Shown: positions 38,378-41,316 of the stretch, piece after piece | Position numbering within the stretch: the stretch's first letter is position 1 | Layout: each line of letters begins with the position of its first letter | UHGV virus genome: UHGV-0262680 | Length of the DNA: 41,316 nt | Source of the DNA: a virus | Reading direction: 5' to 3' (one strand) | Position numbers and translations under genes: made by a program | The notes under the pieces: generated by a model | What the model saw: only the letters and a program-made list of their open reading frames with translations | What the model was told of the DNA's origin: nothing | The model's database searches: none

Positions 38378-39078
38378 CAGTCAATCAGCCCATGTAATCT
38401 AAGTGCCGTTTCAAGCGCCAGAATACGCTGCCGCGCCTGCTGCAAACCTGTAGCGAGAGCTGCGACTTCGGATTGTGTGTACGTAGTGCCGACAGTGTAT
38501 GACTGGTTAGCGTTGAATGAGCCAAGAAGTGGCGTACCTGTGGCTGCAGTCCATCCGGTATTTCTTGCTCCAACAACCTGAATTCCATCAACTGAATATG
38601 ATGTTTTTACATCCAGCGGTGACTCAAGAGACTGCAATTCGGTTACGGTTTTCGATACGTAATCACTCTTAATGCCAGAGACATCGTTTTCTACGTCATC
38701 CAGTCTTTGGTCAACAGTGACCAGATGCGCCTGAATATCGATAACCTCATCCAGCAAGTAATCAACATCGCTACGCAGTACGACTATCTTCCCTTCGGCA
38801 GTTGTTAACCTGACCTCAAGTAGATTTATCGCTTTTGTGTTTGCGGTGATTCTTGCGTCGTGATCAGCCAGTTCGACGTCCTGTTCATCGTTTTTCACCT
38901 GAGCATCGTAAGCGCCCTGACCAGCCTGATTTGCCTTCCCGGCAATTGCGCCGACATCAGCCCCCTGATTAATGACATACAGCAGGTAAGACTGGCTGAA
39001 TATATTGCGTGGAAGGATTGATGTATCGAGCCGCGTCGCCTGCACAATAACAGGGGTGTTGAGATTCGAATCAGCCAT
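38377..39078 (-). CDS. P22 gp26-like tail needle protein, 233 aa
   Basis: [77 protein letters not shown]... closely resembles the P22 tail needle ([27 protein letters not shown]...) as recalled; 233 aa. Confidence 0.8.
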   Translation of the reverse strand: MADSNLNTPVIVQATRLDTSILPRNIFSQSYLLYVINQGADVGAIAGKANQAGQGAYDAQVKNDEQDVELADHDARITANTKAINLLEVRLTTAEGKIVVLRSDVDYLLDEVIDIQAHLVTVDQRLDDVENDVSGIKSDYVSKTVTELQSLESPLDVKTSYSVDGIQVVGARNTGWTAATGTPLLGSFNANQSYTVGTTYTQSEVAALATGLQQARQRILALETALRLHGLID

Positions 39079-40496
39079 TACTCAATCCTTATCTGGCAGC
39101 CAGACAGAGTGACAGGTGACTTCGTGATAACGCGCAATTTGAAGCCGACATTTTTCCTGATGCGCCCGACTCGCTTCCACAAAACGCGTTTGTCGTAAAC
39201 GAACGGTTCATTCTGCTCAATCATCTGCTCACGACCGTAATTTATGCCGTCAGTGGTCGCAGAGAGGAACAGGCGGTCGGCGTACTGAGCTACGCCAGTG
39301 GACGATTCCACCTCCAGATCGAAGCATCTGGCGTTATCCGCTTTGAACAACGGAGTAAACAGAAGGTGTTCCTGTTGAAGCCCATACTGACTGCTGATAT
39401 CGAACTGCAATTTCCCGGTCACCGATTCCAGCTTATCGCCGCACGTTATCTGATTGCCTTCGTAAATGAAGTCGATAGCGCGGTACACATCGTCATACAG
39501 GCCTGTTTTAAGCACACACCATTGCGGACCATTGGCGCTTGAAGATGCGTCGTACACGAGGACGTGACGCGGAAGATGGATAATCAGCAACTCATGAGCA
39601 TCAAACCGCAACGATTCCATCACGCCATCAGCCAGTTCATCAGCAGTGTAGGAGCGGAGGATTTTCTCAATGCTCGCACTGGCGATTGGTGACACCTGAC
39701 CGGAGCCGATGATGTACACAGACGGCGCACCTGTTGCCGGATTGCTGATGAACGCATATGAATCAGAGAATGGCGTTTTGCAGTAAGTCCCGGCGATTCC
39801 TTTTTGCACCATTAGTGATGGCTGTGCGACATACAAAGCGGCACCAACGGTGGTTGCACCAGTCAGGGAAAAATATTCAATCGTCGATGAACCAAAGCAG
39901 ACGATGAAATCTCGCCATGTTCCGATGCCGATGATACCGTCCGGCTGCGATTCTGCCCGATATTGTGCGCTGTAGCGGTCAGGATGCGATTCGTCTTCAA
40001 GGTCAGTGATAAACCATGAATCAGTACCGTCTTTTGACCACGCATAACGCCCACGTAAACGCGTAATGTCACGGACCGAACCTAACTCATACTGCGTGAA
40101 TCCGCTGTCCGTAGGCCAGTTTGAGACGGTTTTAACCGTGCCATCATAGCGGTATTCGACCAGTTGACCATTAACGCCTACCGCCTGTGATGTCCGACCA
40201 TGTGCCATTGATACGCGACCACTTCCGGCAACATCACCAACTTCACTTTCTCCTTTGTACAGCTTGCCACCACACACGCGATAAACAGCACTCTGCGCCA
40301 TGTTGTACTCGACGCCTCGCGATACGCCGTTCACATCAGAACGTTTGGCAATGCCCGGGAATGAGCGAAGATATCCCGATGAATTCAACACCTCCTTGGG
40401 CGTAGCTAAAAGATTGACTGGAAGTTGGTCTATATAATCAGCATTAACCGCACTTTTCCCCAATCCCTTCATTAGTGGTAGTTGTTGTATTGCCAT
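39078..40496 (-). CDS. P22 gp10-like tail hub protein, about 472 aa
   Basis: Immediately upstream of the tail needle gene; from the ATG at 40496 it is 472 aa, matching P22 gp10 (the track start at 40505 is TTG). Confidence 0.65.
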   Translation of the reverse strand: MAIQQLPLMKGLGKSAVNADYIDQLPVNLLATPKEVLNSSGYLRSFPGIAKRSDVNGVSRGVEYNMAQSAVYRVCGGKLYKGESEVGDVAGSGRVSMAHGRTSQAVGVNGQLVEYRYDGTVKTVSNWPTDSGFTQYELGSVRDITRLRGRYAWSKDGTDSWFITDLEDESHPDRYSAQYRAESQPDGIIGIGTWRDFIVCFGSSTIEYFSLTGATTVGAALYVAQPSLMVQKGIAGTYCKTPFSDSYAFISNPATGAPSVYIIGSGQVSPIASASIEKILRSYTADELADGVMESLRFDAHELLIIHLPRHVLVYDASSSANGPQWCVLKTGLYDDVYRAIDFIYEGNQITCGDKLESVTGKLQFDISSQYGLQQEHLLFTPLFKADNARCFDLEVESSTGVAQYADRLFLSATTDGINYGREQMIEQNEPFVYDKRVLWKRVGRIRKNVGFKLRVITKSPVTLSGCQIRIE

Positions 40497-41028
40497 TGGA
40501 ATCAACCTTTATATGAACCCAGTTAGCATCACGCTTTAGCCTACTTGCCCAGGTCTTAGATATCCCGTACTTAGCCGCAATTACTGACAAGCTTTCTTTT
40601 GATGACTTGATTGCAAGAACATCGTCATCACTCAACTTGTGTTTTGGGTGCTTGGTTCCGAAAAACTTGATTGGTTTCTTTAATCCGGTGGCGTATGCAT
40701 GTTTGATGTTTTCGCTTTGAGTGCACCACTCAAGATTATTGACGTTATTATTGAGTGGATTGCCATCAATATGATTTACCTGAGGCTTGTTTTCAGGATT
40801 TGGCAGGAATGTCATTGCAACGATTCGATGGGCAAAAGTCCATTTTGCTCCGATATTATAAAGCACCCTTCCCTGATTGATTTTAGGCTTTAACCAGCGC
40901 CCCTTTCTGAGTTGCGTGCTGCCATGCGCAGCCTTAACAACACGTGAGTGAGAATATACCCTGCCATCTTCTGTTACGGCATAAACACCTTCAAATCCAG
41001 GTATATCTTTAGCATTCTCAGAAAGCAT
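40444..41028 (-). CDS. HNH homing endonuclease, 194 aa
   Basis: HNH motif HIDGNPLNNNVNNLEW and a C-terminal helix-turn-helix-like DNA-binding segment; strong AAGGAG ribosome-binding site. Confidence 0.75.
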   Translation of the reverse strand: MLSENAKDIPGFEGVYAVTEDGRVYSHSRVVKAAHGSTQLRKGRWLKPKINQGRVLYNIGAKWTFAHRIVAMTFLPNPENKPQVNHIDGNPLNNNVNNLEWCTQSENIKHAYATGLKKPIKFFGTKHPKHKLSDDDVLAIKSSKESLSVIAAKYGISKTWASRLKRDANWVHIKVDSNGNTTTTTNEGIGEKCG

Positions 41029-41064
41029 ATCTACTCCTTAAAGTTTCGATTTTTCATGTACTTA

Positions 41065-41169
41065 TTATATCAAAATTGCCAGCATATTCACTGGCAGATA
41101 GTCGATATAGTCGGCGTTTCGAAAGTCTTTGCCGACACCTTTCATAAGCGGAAGTTGCTGAATCGGCAT
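41065..41169 (-). pseudogene. Duplicated 5' fragment of the gp10-like gene, 34 codons
   Basis: Translation [34 protein letters not shown]-stop parallels the gp10-like N-terminus [31 protein letters not shown]... Confidence 0.5.
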
Positions 41170-41177
41170 TTATTCAC

Positions 41178-41316
41178 TGAACCGCCCCGGGAATCCTGGA
41201 GACTAAACTCCCTGAGAAAGAGGTAAACAGGATGACTAAAAATACACGTTTTTCCCCCGAGGTCCGTCAACGGGCAGTTCGTATGGTTCTGGAAAGTCAG
41301 GGCGAATATGACTCTC
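41178..41316 (+). mobile_element. IS3-family insertion sequence, terminal 139 bp (element continues right of window)
   Basis: TGAACCGCCCCGGGAATCCTGGAGACTAAACTCC...; inverted copy of 1-140. Confidence 0.8.
41232..41316 (+). CDS. IS3-family transposase OrfA, N-terminal fragment (partial)
   Basis: ATG at 41232 gives MTKNTRFSPEVRQRAVRMVLESQGEYDS. Confidence 0.7.
   Translation, partial: MTKNTRFSPEVRQRAVRMVLESQGEYDS

Overview
This 41.3-kb window is a nest of mobile elements, read from the translated ORFs and terminal sequences only; no database search was run. (1) Both window edges carry the terminal ~140 bp of an IS3-family insertion sequence, in inverted orientation and extending out of the window (1-140 on the minus strand; 41178-41316 on the plus strand). 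(2) Between them lies part of a P22-like prophage virion module: homologues of genes 10, 26 (tail needle) and 14 at 37.9-40.5 kb, and of ejection genes 7, 20 and 16 at 0.27-4.2 kb, plus an HNH homing endonuclease gene. (3) A complete Mu/D108-like transposable prophage of 33,688 bp (4251-37938) has transposed into the last codons of the gene-14 homologue. It has canonical Mu ends (TGAAGCGGCGCACGAAAAACGCG... on the right, ...TGAATCAATACA on the left) and a perfect 5-bp target duplication GGAAT. Its genes run right to left on the minus strand: c repressor (plus strand), ner, A, B, kil, gam, gemA, mor, lysis genes, terminase, portal, F, I, major head T, sheath L, tube M, tape measure, baseplate, tail fibre, tail-fibre assembly, com and mom. 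The features worth a second look are all in the Mu-like element: no C late activator and no Gin/G-segment are visible; a lower-GC secreted-protein gene is translationally coupled to mor; two near-identical 40-bp dyad-plus-T-run elements sit just upstream of the lysin and I genes; a GATC-containing palindrome lies upstream of com-mom; the tail-fibre locus is mosaic. No rRNA, tRNA or CRISPR array was recognised.
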